From the NCBI RefSeq assembly GCF_020745735.1, contig NW_026867451.1, positions 62,001-126,000 of the forward strand: DNA of 64,000 nucleotides. The letters are read 5' to 3'. The notes beneath the pieces were generated by a model, which searched no databases, was not told the DNA's origin, and worked only from the letters and a program-made list of their open reading frames with translations. This document shows positions 47,371-59,169 of the stretch, piece after piece (the stretch's first letter is position 1; the number at the start of each line of letters is the position of its first letter). A program made the translations under genes and the position numbers. This stretch comes from Hemiscyllium ocellatum. Taxonomy: Eukaryota.

Positions 47371-50229
47371 GAATGAGTACCAGAGGGCATGTAAGGAAGT
47401 TTATCAGTAAAGTACAGCTAATTAAGGGGGCTTGACCATACTCATGGACAAAAAGATATAAAGCAATCAGAGACCCAAAGAACAGAGTGTGTATATAAGG
47501 GGTACAAGAGACAGCGTGGATCAAGGCCTTGAAGAATTTAGAGATAGACATAAGTTTAAACTCAATACATTCGATGATAAAGAGCCAGTTAAGATCTCAG
47601 TCCTTTCTCTATAAGCACAAGTTTAAGTTGACCAGTCTTGTCCAGGCCAACATTAAATGGGATGGTTATTTGCACTGTGCACACCTCATGATTTCACAAG
47701 ATATCTCAGTTTTGTAAATGCAATAGAATGCATTATCCACCGTTTCAGCAATTCCTTTAATAGAAGTTAACAGAAATAAACAACTTTCCAAAGCTGTCTT
47801 TCAACAGCCAGACTGATACAATATTCAAAAAGGATCTGCATGTACAAAGTGGGCTTGTCAGGGGTTAAATCATTTCACATTCGAAAACTAGATTCCATTT
47901 TAATGATATCAGCTGGATGTTGGATACTCCATTAACGAAAGGTTCCCATATTCAAACGGTTGTTTGCAAATATAGAAATTGGATATTGATATAAAATAGG
48001 ACATGCTCTTTTTTTTTGTCTTGCAAACATCAGGATAGCTGCAAGGATTTTGATATTAAGGGAAACAACATTTTACACTGAACAAGTTCTGATGCTTTGG
48101 AAAGTGCACAATGATTGATCGAGATGTCCCCAATGGAAATGGACTGGTCAGATGGTGATGGACAGTTAACAGCTAAACTTTGTTAAGTTTACAATTGGCA
48201 GGTTGCCTGAGTGGTCAAGATATTGCCCTGCCAAATGACTCAGAGAATGGCCATCACCAATTTAGTCAAATCACAACAAGCATTGGCAGTTAACTGCCAA
48301 TCATCACCTGGTCCATTCTCCATGCCTTTACCAATCAGCACTCATTACCCAGACAGATTAAATGCTTTCTCGAATACCATTGGTATTCTTGAGAGTGTCC
48401 TGATAAGTACAATACTAAAGACTTAAATAAAAAAACACTTTATTTTCATCAATACTCAAATTTCCATGTTGTACCAGCTGGCAGAGGTTGTTTTTAAAGG
48501 CAGCTATCAATATGCAGTTGCACAGTGGCAGGAGTACGGCTATCCTATGGACAGCACTAAAGAGATCTCACACACATTGGCTCTTTAATAAAGAAATGGG
48601 GCAAACCTCAGAGATAGGGAACTGTAAATAAATGAACCACTAACAAGATTTCATCCAATTCGATAGTAACTGATACCTGATGACCAAATTCAGCTGCCAC
48701 TTGAAAGGATGCAAGAAGCCCCAAAAGGAGATACTCCACATTTCACTTGATTCTGTGTCACATTACCACAAGAGAGCTTTGTAGTTGCCTTCTAGCAGAC
48801 ATTATTTTTATCCATAAACCACATCGGCTTGACAGAGAAGCATTGGTTCTGATCACAGATCAGAACTAAATAGTGCAGAACCACATCATAACCCATCTCG
48901 AGAAGCTGTGTCAGTGGGTGCTTCAGTTTGCAGTGCCTCTGTGTTCTGAGCTTCGGCCCCAATCTCTCTCTGTTCCCTAGTTTTTCTGATAAGTTGCGGT
49001 TCCAGTCAGTTTGTATTTCATCATTGTCCCAGATTATAGAGGTTTCAGTATCAGTGAGTTCACCAGGATAGCACGTTGGGTAAATCAGCAGTGGCTCCAC
49101 TGAAAAGGCTTTTAAATCCTGAGGTTCATAGAACAGCTTTTAGTTATCCCTATTAATTGACCTAATAATAACTAAGAACATTATATTTGATCTGCTTTAT
49201 TTCCCATTACTGACTGCATTGAATCTCAGAAACTCACCAATGTGAGTAAAAACCTCTTAAACTTTGGGCAAAATCCAGGCTATTGACTAAAGAGAATGAA
49301 CTCCATACAATAATGCAACAAAGAAAAGCAGATTGAAGTCAAATGATGCACAAGTTTGATGAAGAGCAAAACCCCCTCTACCCCAGCAGGAAGGCAAGTA
49401 GAAAAGTTGTGCATTTATGTAACATCTTAATGCAATCTCAGAGTATCCTAAACATCTCTTTCCAGATCTCTGAAACAAGTGCAGAACCCCTGGGGCCACT
49501 GTCAACTACATACTATCAAACCCAGGGAATCATAGACGGAAATATCAGCATGCGCCCATGTAACAGTTTAAAATGTGTGTTTAATACCTCCGCTCGAGTA
49601 ACTCGCAAAATTGTTTCGCGGTATGAACAATAAATGGGAATAGGTCACTTGGCCCTTCGAGCCTGCTCCACTATTCAATAAGATCATGACTGACCAGATT
49701 TTAATAAGCTTATAAAACATTCAGCTGACAATATCCCACTTTAGCTTCTCTTATTCTATCATTTTAGTATATTCCACTACATATCTATTCTAATCTGGAG
49801 AATAATTCTCCTGCTGTTAATCACTGATCCACACTGTACTGCTCTCCTCATGCACTGTTCTTTTCCTCAGCCTATCCTTTAGACAAGATAAAATACATTG
49901 GAACAGACTCCACCGTTTGCTGGTACTTGACACAATGAGAACTACTGAAATATTTCAATACACTCCTTTGGTGGAAAATATAATTTGCTTTAATACTTTA
50001 AAACTGGTTCAATTTATTTTATATTTGCATTGAATGGTATTTTAGGTTGATCCAGATGTTAGTACAAAGTGAAATATTACAGCACTGAGCTTTGTCTCTT
50101 CTCATTTGGTGGAAGTTGGGAAGGAGTGTTTTCTTACAACAGAGTGAAAACTGAACAACCAAGTTGAGTAATAATACATGCAGGTTCTGACAAAGCCAAT
50201 TTTCAATCAGAGATGTTCTATACAACAAC

Positions 50230-50560
50230 TGAAGTACTTTTGACCATGGAGTCACATGTCAGAAATGTGATATCTCATTTGTGTCCCATGAGAAAAGCAG
50301 GAAGAAGATGATGACCAGATCATCATTCAGCGATAAGTATTGGCTGGGACACCAGGTATAATTCCTCACTTTCATTCAAAATAATAAGGGTCCCTTTAGA
50401 GGGCAGAGTGGCTTTGTTTTAATGCCTCATATACATCTGGTGTGTAGGATTATCTCAGGACTGCACTGCTGTGGCAGCATCAATTAGTCTATTCTAAACC
50501 CGATGGTAGATCTTGAACCCTCCGACTCAAAGATCAGCACAATAGTCAGTGACACCTGAG
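50230..50560 (-). mobile_element. Possible decayed DeuSINE/SacSINE1-type SINE
   Basis: CTCAGGACTGCACTG...CTTGAACCC...GACTCA resembles the reverse complement of a tRNA-headed Deu-domain SINE; heavily diverged. Confidence 0.35.
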
Positions 50561-51229
50561 CAATACCCAATACTCTGACAGGCGGCTTATTATTTACATC
50601 CCCAGGGATTAATGAAGCAATTCAGGGAAATTGCATTGATTCTGTATGAGATACAAAACAGTCCTCAAAGGGGAGAATGATAGTCTCCCTCGCCCTAGAT
50701 CAGTCGGCTTAAGTTCCTAGGTTAGACTTAGTAAGCTTAAATTCCTGTTCTACCTATTCCAGAGGCGTGTCATACATCGCTGAACATTATAATGTTAAAA
50801 AAGGAAAGCTTCTTCAACCAATGGGCTGTTGTCATTTGGAACGCGCTAATTAGGAATCAGCACTTTGAGTCACCTTTGCTGATTCCCTGTGTGTTATACG
50901 GGAGTCAGTAATTTCTATCAGTGTCCACCGTTACAGCTACAAAAAGTCCTCTAATATCTCTCCTCAATGGGTCATTCTTCCCTTTTGAATATGGGCAGTG
51001 AGCACTCAGCCCTCTCTCTTCCTTAGCAACAAATGGCTACCATGCTTCCAGCCTGCTGTCAGCAAGAGGTTAACTTGCACTGTCAAAGTGTGACAATACT
51101 GAGGATAACCCTCCCCATTATGACCCAGGCTAAGATCACAAGATGCAGCACAAGTCAGTGTTTGTGTCCAGAATTAGATAACCAGGAAGGATGTTCTCCA
51201 CGGCTGGGGAGCCCAGAACCAGGGCTCAC

Positions 51230-51484
51230 GGTCTATGGATACTGGCTCAGGCATTTTGGACTGAGATGAGGAAACCTTTCTTCACCCTGACAGTGGTGAC
51301 TCTTTGGAATTCACTGCCATAGAAATTGATTGAGCCCAAAACGTAATAGTTCTTTTTTCGGGCTAAAGGAATCAAAGCTTACAGAAAGAATGGTGGAACA
51401 GGATGCTGAGTTGGATAATCAACCATTGTCATTTTGAACAGCAGCGCATGCTTAAGGGGCTGAATGGCTTACTGTTCCACCCAT
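51230..51484 (+). mobile_element. CR1 LINE 3' UTR, cut by the gap
   Basis: GGACTGAGATGAGGAAACCTTTCTTCACCC...GATCAACCATTG-like...GGGCTGAATGGCTTACT. Confidence 0.65.
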
Positions 51485-51984
51485 NNNNNNNNNNNNNNNN
51501 NNNNNNNNNNNNNNNNNNNNNNNNNNNNNNNNNNNNNNNNNNNNNNNNNNNNNNNNNNNNNNNNNNNNNNNNNNNNNNNNNNNNNNNNNNNNNNNNNNNN
51601 NNNNNNNNNNNNNNNNNNNNNNNNNNNNNNNNNNNNNNNNNNNNNNNNNNNNNNNNNNNNNNNNNNNNNNNNNNNNNNNNNNNNNNNNNNNNNNNNNNNN
51701 NNNNNNNNNNNNNNNNNNNNNNNNNNNNNNNNNNNNNNNNNNNNNNNNNNNNNNNNNNNNNNNNNNNNNNNNNNNNNNNNNNNNNNNNNNNNNNNNNNNN
51801 NNNNNNNNNNNNNNNNNNNNNNNNNNNNNNNNNNNNNNNNNNNNNNNNNNNNNNNNNNNNNNNNNNNNNNNNNNNNNNNNNNNNNNNNNNNNNNNNNNNN
51901 NNNNNNNNNNNNNNNNNNNNNNNNNNNNNNNNNNNNNNNNNNNNNNNNNNNNNNNNNNNNNNNNNNNNNNNNNNNNNNNNNNNN
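51485..51984. other. Assembly gap (500 N) immediately before the duplicated cluster
   Basis: Run of N of round length. Confidence 0.99.
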
Positions 51985-54900
51985 TTCTTGCATACAATTT
52001 TAGTGAATACAAAAACAATTATGTTTTTCCTCTATATAGTTTCCATTCTTGTTTACTCAGCTCTTGGCTGAAACAATTACACACTGGTGTGAGTTCATTT
52101 ACTTTGTATAAGTAATTATAATTGCAGAAGTAACACTACTTTACCTATATCCCACACACTGTTCCCTGATGTCTGGTTGCATTTGTGAGCAACAGGTGAA
52201 CCTGCGAACCAGATTCAGGATAGTACTGCAGGTATTTCAGCAGATACTGTGTAAACGGAATTCTCCCATAAATCAGCAATGACATGAACATTTATTTTTT
52301 ATGGTGTTTGAAACCAAATAAAATTGAACAATATGCTGGGACAAGTTCCTTTCATTTCTTTGAACTAGTATCAAGGGACACTCTCTGTGGGCCTGGGGTG
52401 GCAGGAGGATCTTTAACAGCAGAATGTGAGGGAACAAAGTTACCGTTGGAAATCCAGATAGACTGGAACTTGTTTCACTGGAGGGTGAGAGTTCGGGGGT
52501 GGTGACCTCATATAAGTTTATAAAGCCATGAGTGGAAAGGTGAATGGCTCTAATTTACATGATTCATCCTGGAAATGTACGAAGCTTTCGTTTCAAAAAT
52601 ATCACATATCAATAAACTCCACCTGATCCTCTGGCGAGCGATGTGGAAATTAATGGTCTAATTAATGGTGCCAGACGATGCCTGGGGCAACATCCCTTTA
52701 TTCAACTAAAGTCAGCAATATACATTAACAATGTGAAAGGCGCAAACTGTACTTTTACCCAGAGCAGCCAGTTTCATCTGCAGTCAGACACAACTTCAAA
52801 ATTCAGACCATTGCACAGAGATAGACGAGCCCTCACAACACTGGTAATGATTTTGTTTGATAAAAGAATTCATCGTAGACTTCCTCAGAGCAACTCATGT
52901 CAACAAACTTGTTTTTTATTGTGTGTGGGGTAACACACGAAATGTCACTTTAATACGATTGATGTGAACCACTTGCATTTCAGAAGTTATTTGAAAACGT
53001 CCATCACATTAGATACGCAAATAAATTTTACAAATCATTGATCAAAGGGGACAATCTTTTTTGGACTCAAGGAAGATCCATAGTAATATTTTGTAAATGT
53101 TTGGAGCTGGGATTGTTTTCAATTTTTGACCCAGACATTGTTGTATTTTCCCTATGGTGGGGGATTTCAACAATAGGGAACATGTTTTACAATGAGAGGA
53201 GAAAAATTTTTAAAACGATATCAGAGGCAGCTTTTTATACAGAGAATGGTTTGTGTGTGGGATGATCTGGTGGTGGATACTTACAACCTATAGAAGACAT
53301 TTGGATAAGTAAATGAATATCAAATGTTTGGAAGGATATGGGCCAAGTACACACAGGTGGGATTAGTTTAGTTTGGGATTATGACTGGCATGGACTGGTT
53401 GGACTGAAGTGTCTGTTTCCATGCTGTCTCACTCCATGACTCTATGACTATTTATCAATTTTTCTCAATATTAAACAGTGCTGTAGTGATCCTCGAATGA
53501 ACTGTTGATGTTTAGGTTGTGTCTGAGACTCTGCGAATATTTCCTTCAATGAGAGGAGTGACTAGTTCTCCAAGTTTCACAACTGAAAAATAAACTTTTC
53601 TCCAGTATTGTTGCTGAGTAGATGTGTTCCTGCAGAGGCAGTGGTTATGGTCTGCAGTTTGCTTTCCACCAACTGGTCAACAGTGAGACAAAATATCTTT
53701 GATCCCCTGCAGAAACTCCACCTGCTTCCAGTAAATGAACCTGGGAACTCAAGGACCTTTTCTGCAGTCAGCTTAATTGCTGCCAACTATTGTATCTGGC
53801 CGATTAAAGGGAAAATGAATCAACTAAAGTAAAATCCTACCAAACAAACTATATTTTCCCATGTACTCACAATGGATACATTTCACTTGGCATTTCTTCT
53901 TTAAAAAGGAAAGTCACTGAATACAGCATTCACTGTATGACTATCAGAAACAGGACATTGAATGCAGTGATGTTCTGGTTAGTTCAGCCTGTTTATTGAG
54001 TATCTTTAAAGCTCCTGAATATGAAGTTAATGGATCCAAAATCCCACATTGCAGTAACATTTGTTATCATCTCAAAGTAAATTAACAAACTTGAATTGGT
54101 TCAAACTCACATCACTTGGTACACCATTCTCTGATTCATTTATCTCATTAAAACTGAGTGGGCCCTTTATACATGGTTAACACTGGTGTCGTGTAACAGC
54201 GAATTTCTGCTTATTTTTATGAGTTAACTGCCCCTGTCAGAGCTATCAGTGAGCAGAGAAATGGACTGTTTATAACCTACATTCGTGGTAATGATTATTG
54301 TAATACTCTCTAATTTAACCAAACACTCCTGATGTACCCAGACAGTTACCTGCAATGGTTTAGATGTTGAGGATTTTATTAAAAGAAACGTATGGACTGT
54401 CCTGTTCTAGTTCATTAGATGCTCTTTCAAAAGTTTCCCTAGGTGTTATGTATCACTGCCAACTCACTTTTTGTTTCTCAGGCACACAGCTTTCCTTTAC
54501 TATGCATTTTAAAAAATTTGAAAAAAAGATGCAAGGAGAGACATTCTGCAATGTAAGGAGGTGCTTCTAATCTCCGGGTCCAAACTGTTTAGTGACACAC
54601 TCACATTCTGAACATAATCACTTTAGTCCTGCTCCATATTAGGTTGCCTAAATGGAATTTAGAAACGCAGATTAGAAATGGGATGTTATTTTGTAAAGTG
54701 AGAGAGACGTTGAGTGACAGCAAAAATAAAGTCACTCATTTTGTTGGTTAATAATATGATTGAAGTTCTTTTTAGCTTTATCTGCTTGTGGTGGAATGTA
54801 GAATTAAAGGGAGTTAACTTCTAATTGAATATTCTGAATATAATCACTTTGGACACGCTCTGTATTCAGTTGCCTAAATTGAATTTTGAAATGTTTAGTA

Positions 54901-55227
54901 TGAATTACATGTTATTTTGTAGTGGGACAGAGACTGGCAGTGTCCTGGGGAAATAAAACTCAATTGTTTTACTAGCTAGTAATATGTTTGAACTTTGATT
55001 TTAGTTTTATCTGTTTGTGAATGAATGTAGAAATAAAGGGAGGTAACTTCCGAATGGATTTATTTTAAAACAAAATACTTGCAACTATCATGTGAAATAG
55101 ACCTGAAGGTACTCAATTTTACTTCCACCATTTAAAAAAACACTCCCAAAGAAGCTATTCAGCAAAATAAATATCCCAAGATGTGTATATATCCATGTTT
55201 AAGCGTAACCTGGTAAATACATGAGCC

Positions 55228-55333
55228 CATGTGTTGGGGCTGTGCAAGCTGAGACCAGGATCCAGTCTCAGCCTCCAGCAGGAAACCAACAGGCGGAAGC
55301 TGTGAGCCTGCCCTTTCCGATGGCCATATAAAT
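55228..55333 (+). promoter_or_regulatory. VH promoter region, cluster 2 (TATA-like at 55326-55333)
   Basis: Same sequence as the cluster 1 promoter at offset 37215. Confidence 0.6.
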
Positions 55334-55419
55334 CCTAGGCACTGGACCGTAATTCAACACTCCGGGATCGGCTTTGTTTAGAAAGATCTTGACAGAACCG
55401 CTTCCCAGAAGTTATCAGA

Positions 55420-55468
55420 ATGATTGTGTCGACAATTTTTCTCAGTTTATTACTGACTTTCTTATCAT
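55420..55468 (+). CDS. IGHV: VH leader exon, cluster 2
   Basis: Identical to the cluster 1 leader; donor GTGAGT at 55469; 107-nt intron. Confidence 0.93.
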
Positions 55469-55575
55469 GTGAGTGTTTTTTTTTGTTTAAGTCTGTCTTT
55501 GTTGCTGTCTCAATGTTAGTCTACCTCAGGAATGTAAAAGTAATGCTCATGGTTTATTTCTTGTCTTTTTTAAAG

Positions 55576-55880
55576 GTGTCCAGTCGGAGGTTGTTTTGAC
55601 CCAGCCAGAGGCAGAGACTGGCCATCCCGGAAGCAGCCTGACACTGACCTGTAAAACCAGCGGGTTCGATCTCAGCAGCTATAGCATGTACTGGGTCCGC
55701 CAGGTTCCCGGCCAGGGTCTGGAGTGGCTGGTTCGCTACTATAGTTCATCCAGCAATAACTATGCACCAGCGATTCAGGGTCGATTTACTGCGTCCAAAG
55801 ACAATTCAAACAACATTTTCTCGTTGAAAATGACTAACCTGAAGATCGAAGACACCGCCATCTATTACTGTGCAAGACGC
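55576..55880 (+). CDS. IGHV: VH exon, cluster 2 (…[41 protein letters not shown]…DTAIYYCAR)
   Basis: Open frame, all V-set motifs present, 9 nt differences from the cluster 1 VH. Confidence 0.98.
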
Positions 55881-55919
55881 CACAGCGAGAGGAACCAGGG
55901 CTGGACCCGTTCAAAAACA
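55881..55919 (+). other. VH 3' RSS, 23-bp spacer, cluster 2 (CACAGCG-23-TCAAAAACA)
   Basis: Identical to cluster 1, so V is unrearranged. Confidence 0.93.
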
Positions 55920-56267
55920 GCTCGGGGGAACATTTTGTCAATTCCATCATAAACTGATGGTCAGTTTGAGTTTTAAATGCAATTATACCAACTGCGATCT
56001 GAAGCAGACCTCAGGCTGCCTCTTACAAAGCTATCAAAGAGGAAATGTACCATTTAAACTAGGAAACTGGTGACACAATGGGACAATGTTTTAGGCATGT
56101 CATATGTACTGCTAACACTTCCATCAATTAAATGCTGGGACAAAATATATCTGACAGCTCAGGAAATCACTGCTAATTGTTATGTCAACTATGGCATTCA
56201 TTCTAAACATGATCAGTACTAAATGGCTCTTTCAAATGAAAATTGAGACCTAGAGTAAAGAACAGAG

Positions 56268-56295
56268 AATGAGTGTACTGGTCTACATCATTGTG
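56268..56295 (-). other. 5' 12-RSS of the fused D (D1-derived, degenerate nonamer)
   Basis: AATGAGTGT-12-CATTGTG, identical to 19051-19078. Confidence 0.7.
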
Positions 56296-56320
56296 ATACT
56301 ACAGTGGGTAGCTGGAGTGA
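56296..56320 (+). CDS. Fused D1-D2 segment (ATACTACAGTGGGT+AGCTGGAGTGA), pre-joined diversity segment
   Basis: Full D1 joined to D2 lacking its first 4 nt; the 373 bp equivalent to 19093-19465 are absent; one extra A inside the D2 part. Confidence 0.93.
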
Positions 56321-56348
56321 CACTGCAATTATGATCAATACAAAAACC
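56321..56348 (+). other. 3' 12-RSS of the fused D (D2-derived, CACTGCA-12-ACAAAAACC)
   Basis: Identical to 19476-19503. Confidence 0.92.
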
Positions 56349-56675
56349 TATTCAGCCTCCATTGTTTGAAACTAGTCAGTGATTACTTCTACAAACCATC
56401 TTAACTTGCAGTTCGGTATTAGTTCTGTGGGGTTTTATGCCAGTATCACTATTTAATTTGTAAAAGTGTTGGGTAATTATTGATACACCAGTTGGGGATT
56501 TTGAGAATCAGCTGATGTGTTACTCTGTGAAGTATAAAACAGTATTAAAATTTATCAAGAATGATCAAAATTCACTCGCGCAATTATGTGATGAAGATTT
56601 ATCGTGACTTTATTTTGCCTGTGGTTCTGAAAATTTAAAATGATGGTAGATTTTTGATTTGTTTTATGCAGAGCT

Positions 56676-56714
56676 AGTTATTGTGTGATCCAGTCCAGAG
56701 AATGTAACACTGTG
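56676..56714 (-). other. JH 5' 23-RSS, cluster 2
   Basis: AGTTATTGT-23-CACTGTG, identical to cluster 1, so J is unrearranged. Confidence 0.92.
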
Positions 56715-56762
56715 ACTATCTTGATTACTGGGGCCAAGGGACCATGGTGACAGTGACTTCAG
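56715..56762 (+). CDS. IGHJ: JH segment, cluster 2 (YLDYWGQGTMVTVTS)
   Basis: WGQG motif; donor G|GTAAGA at 56763. Confidence 0.97.
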
Positions 56763-57288
56763 GTAAGAACTTTGAACATTCTTAGTGACTTTTTAAAAAC
56801 TTTCTATTCATGTGACTAATTTCTGAATTAAATGAAACTCAGATTCTGTGCTGAGTTTGGTTTGGTTTGGATTGATTTTTGTTCAGACTGATTATAGACT
56901 TCAGTTAAGGCTCAGCAAATAGTTAAAATGGTGATGATGGAGTCATTTGCTCAGTGTATCTCTTTTTTTTGATCAGATGGACGTTCTATGTGGCTGGGTT
57001 ACTTGAAACACCTAATGTCTCTTAATCAGTCAGCTATAAATAATGTTTAATGTCAGTGACACCCTGACTGTGAGTTTTATGATCAACAACAAATGCTACG
57101 AATTCAAAGATGTTCAAGATATTACCAAACATGACTAAAATATGCTAAAATATCATTATTCATTTCTTGAATATATGTTCTTACCATGATTATATTTTCT
57201 CATTTATTTTGTTAATTTTGTTGATGACAAGCAGGTTAGAAACTGTCATCAAAGTTTCTTGCGGTGCTATATTGCATTCTGTTGATTA

Positions 57289-57573
57289 GATTCGGAGTTT
57301 GTTTTACTTGATTCTGTTGAATTGAGTTGATTGGATTTTGGCTTTGTTTTAGTTGATTCGGGTTGAACTGTGTTGATTGGATTCTGACTTTGTTTTTACT
57401 TGGTTTTGTTGAATTGTGTTGATTGACTTTTGAAATGGTTTTATTTGATTCTGTTGAATTGAATTGGTTGGATTCTGATTATGTTTCATTCAAATCTGTT
57501 GTTTTAAGTTGATTGGATTCTGATTTTATTTTCCTTGATTCTGTTGAATTGAGTTGATTGGATTCTTATTCAG
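57289..57573 (+). repeat. Same 45-bp tandem repeat in cluster 2
   Basis: Copy of 20442-20726. Confidence 0.88.
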
Positions 57574-59169
57574 TTTGTGAAATTGATCTGCGTTTTCATA
57601 CTTTCTGAATCGATGTTTTCTTTCTGGTGAGGAGATTGACTCTCTGGAATACTTTTCATTACCAATATTTGTGAAGTTCTTTTGTTTTTGATGAATCATT
57701 TCTGCATTTGTTAAACTTATATGACACATTTTTCTCTGCTTGATTGAAAACATGACATCCATTGGTAACGGTCTGAAAAACAACTTAAGGCAGAAACCCA
57801 GATGTGTGAGAAATGAAAAAAAAAGAGTTTTTAATGGATTGACTTTAAACAAAAAACTCAGTTCTAATTGTAAACGAACTGAATTTTGTTTTAAGTAGCC
57901 TCATTCAAAATAAAATTTGGGACCTAAATCTGAAACTGCAGAATTGATCAGATTACGTAATTGAAACTAACTTAAAATTATAATGTGGTAATATTTGTCC
58001 ATTCAGTAATTTTGTTTTGACCATGAGGTGATTAATCAATGTATGCCTTCAACCCCACTCTACTGTGCACTGCACAAGATTGTCATGATCAGGAAGGGTG
58101 TGCAGGTTAGAAATAAATTGAACTATTGCCAGAAACGTTACAGCTTTAAGTGTTAAGTCCCCTCACAAACAAGGTTGCTATTATGACCTGTTATTTCTAT
58201 TCAATTTAATCATTAGTTTGCTTGATTCTGAGCAGCTTTGTTAGACTTCAATTTGGTTTTATTTGTGAGGTGACATCATGTTCTTGGTTCTGTTGAAAAT
58301 GTTTGCAGAGCTAGTTCTGCTGCAAACATACCGTGTTGTGATCTGGTGATCGTTGATCTGTTGAGGAGGGACTGCGCATTAAATGTGTTATATTTGGGAA
58401 ACCGTTTCTGGTTTCTACATTGTTTTTGCAATGTTAACACGGTTGGTGACAGTGAACTGCTCTTTCCTCATTCAATGCAATCAGCATGCGAGTTAAAATT
58501 TCATAAAGTCTATTATAAAGTGAAAGGCAAATCGCACAGGTTTTAGAAATGAAGGGAAAACAGATACCTTCAGGTGCTATTTTTACTTAAAATAAATAAT
58601 TAAGGATTAATCTAATCCATGCTTTACAATCCAAATTCGAAACTCAACTATCTAGTTCAATCACAAGGTCTGTCTTTAAGCAGTTTACAAGTCATAGAGA
58701 AATATAAATAGAATTTCAAAAGTCTAATGTTCTAATTGTTCTTGCTCTCGAGCAAAAATGCCATGACTGTGCTATAATTGATCAAGAAACACCTTTCAAT
58801 TCCCCTGTACACTACATACATATGTTTCTGGCTGGAAAAGATCATTGGCAAAGACCATTTGGAAATTCTGCTCAATTCTATGAAGAACAGATCAGTTTCA
58901 CTGCTTTGATCAGTTTCACATATAACTTGAGTTAATTAATTGTTATGTCCCTGATTAAACTGGATTTGCAGGATAAAAATAAAACATTAACTGAATTATT
59001 TAACCTGCACAGTGCTTTAGGTGTTCCCAATCTGTGCATTTTAAATAAATAGTTACATTTTACAACAAAATATCAACTGAAGAGTCATTCTTCAGGAAAC
59101 AACTGCTATAGTGAATTATGTGACCAACCAAATTTCGAATTAATTAAAGTAATCCACTCATGAACTCCA

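Noticed and set aside
47380-47660. Possible solo LTR (TATATAAGG box and ATTAAA)
   Set aside because: No TG...CA termini or TSD could be identified; too weak to call.
47673-47679. CACTGTG as a possible orphan RSS
   Set aside because: No acceptable nonamer and no adjacent segment.
51403-52071. Four long ORFs in the ORF track
   Set aside because: Artefacts of the N gap.
56296-56320. Processed (cDNA-derived) origin for the fused D
   Set aside because: The leader intron, V-D and D-J spacers, outer RSSs and J-C intron are all retained, so this is a DNA-level deletion.
56296-56320. Ordinary homology-mediated deletion as the cause of the D fusion
   Set aside because: There is at most 1 nt of microhomology, and the left break coincides exactly with the D1 coding end/heptamer border. 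This is disfavoured but not formally excluded.
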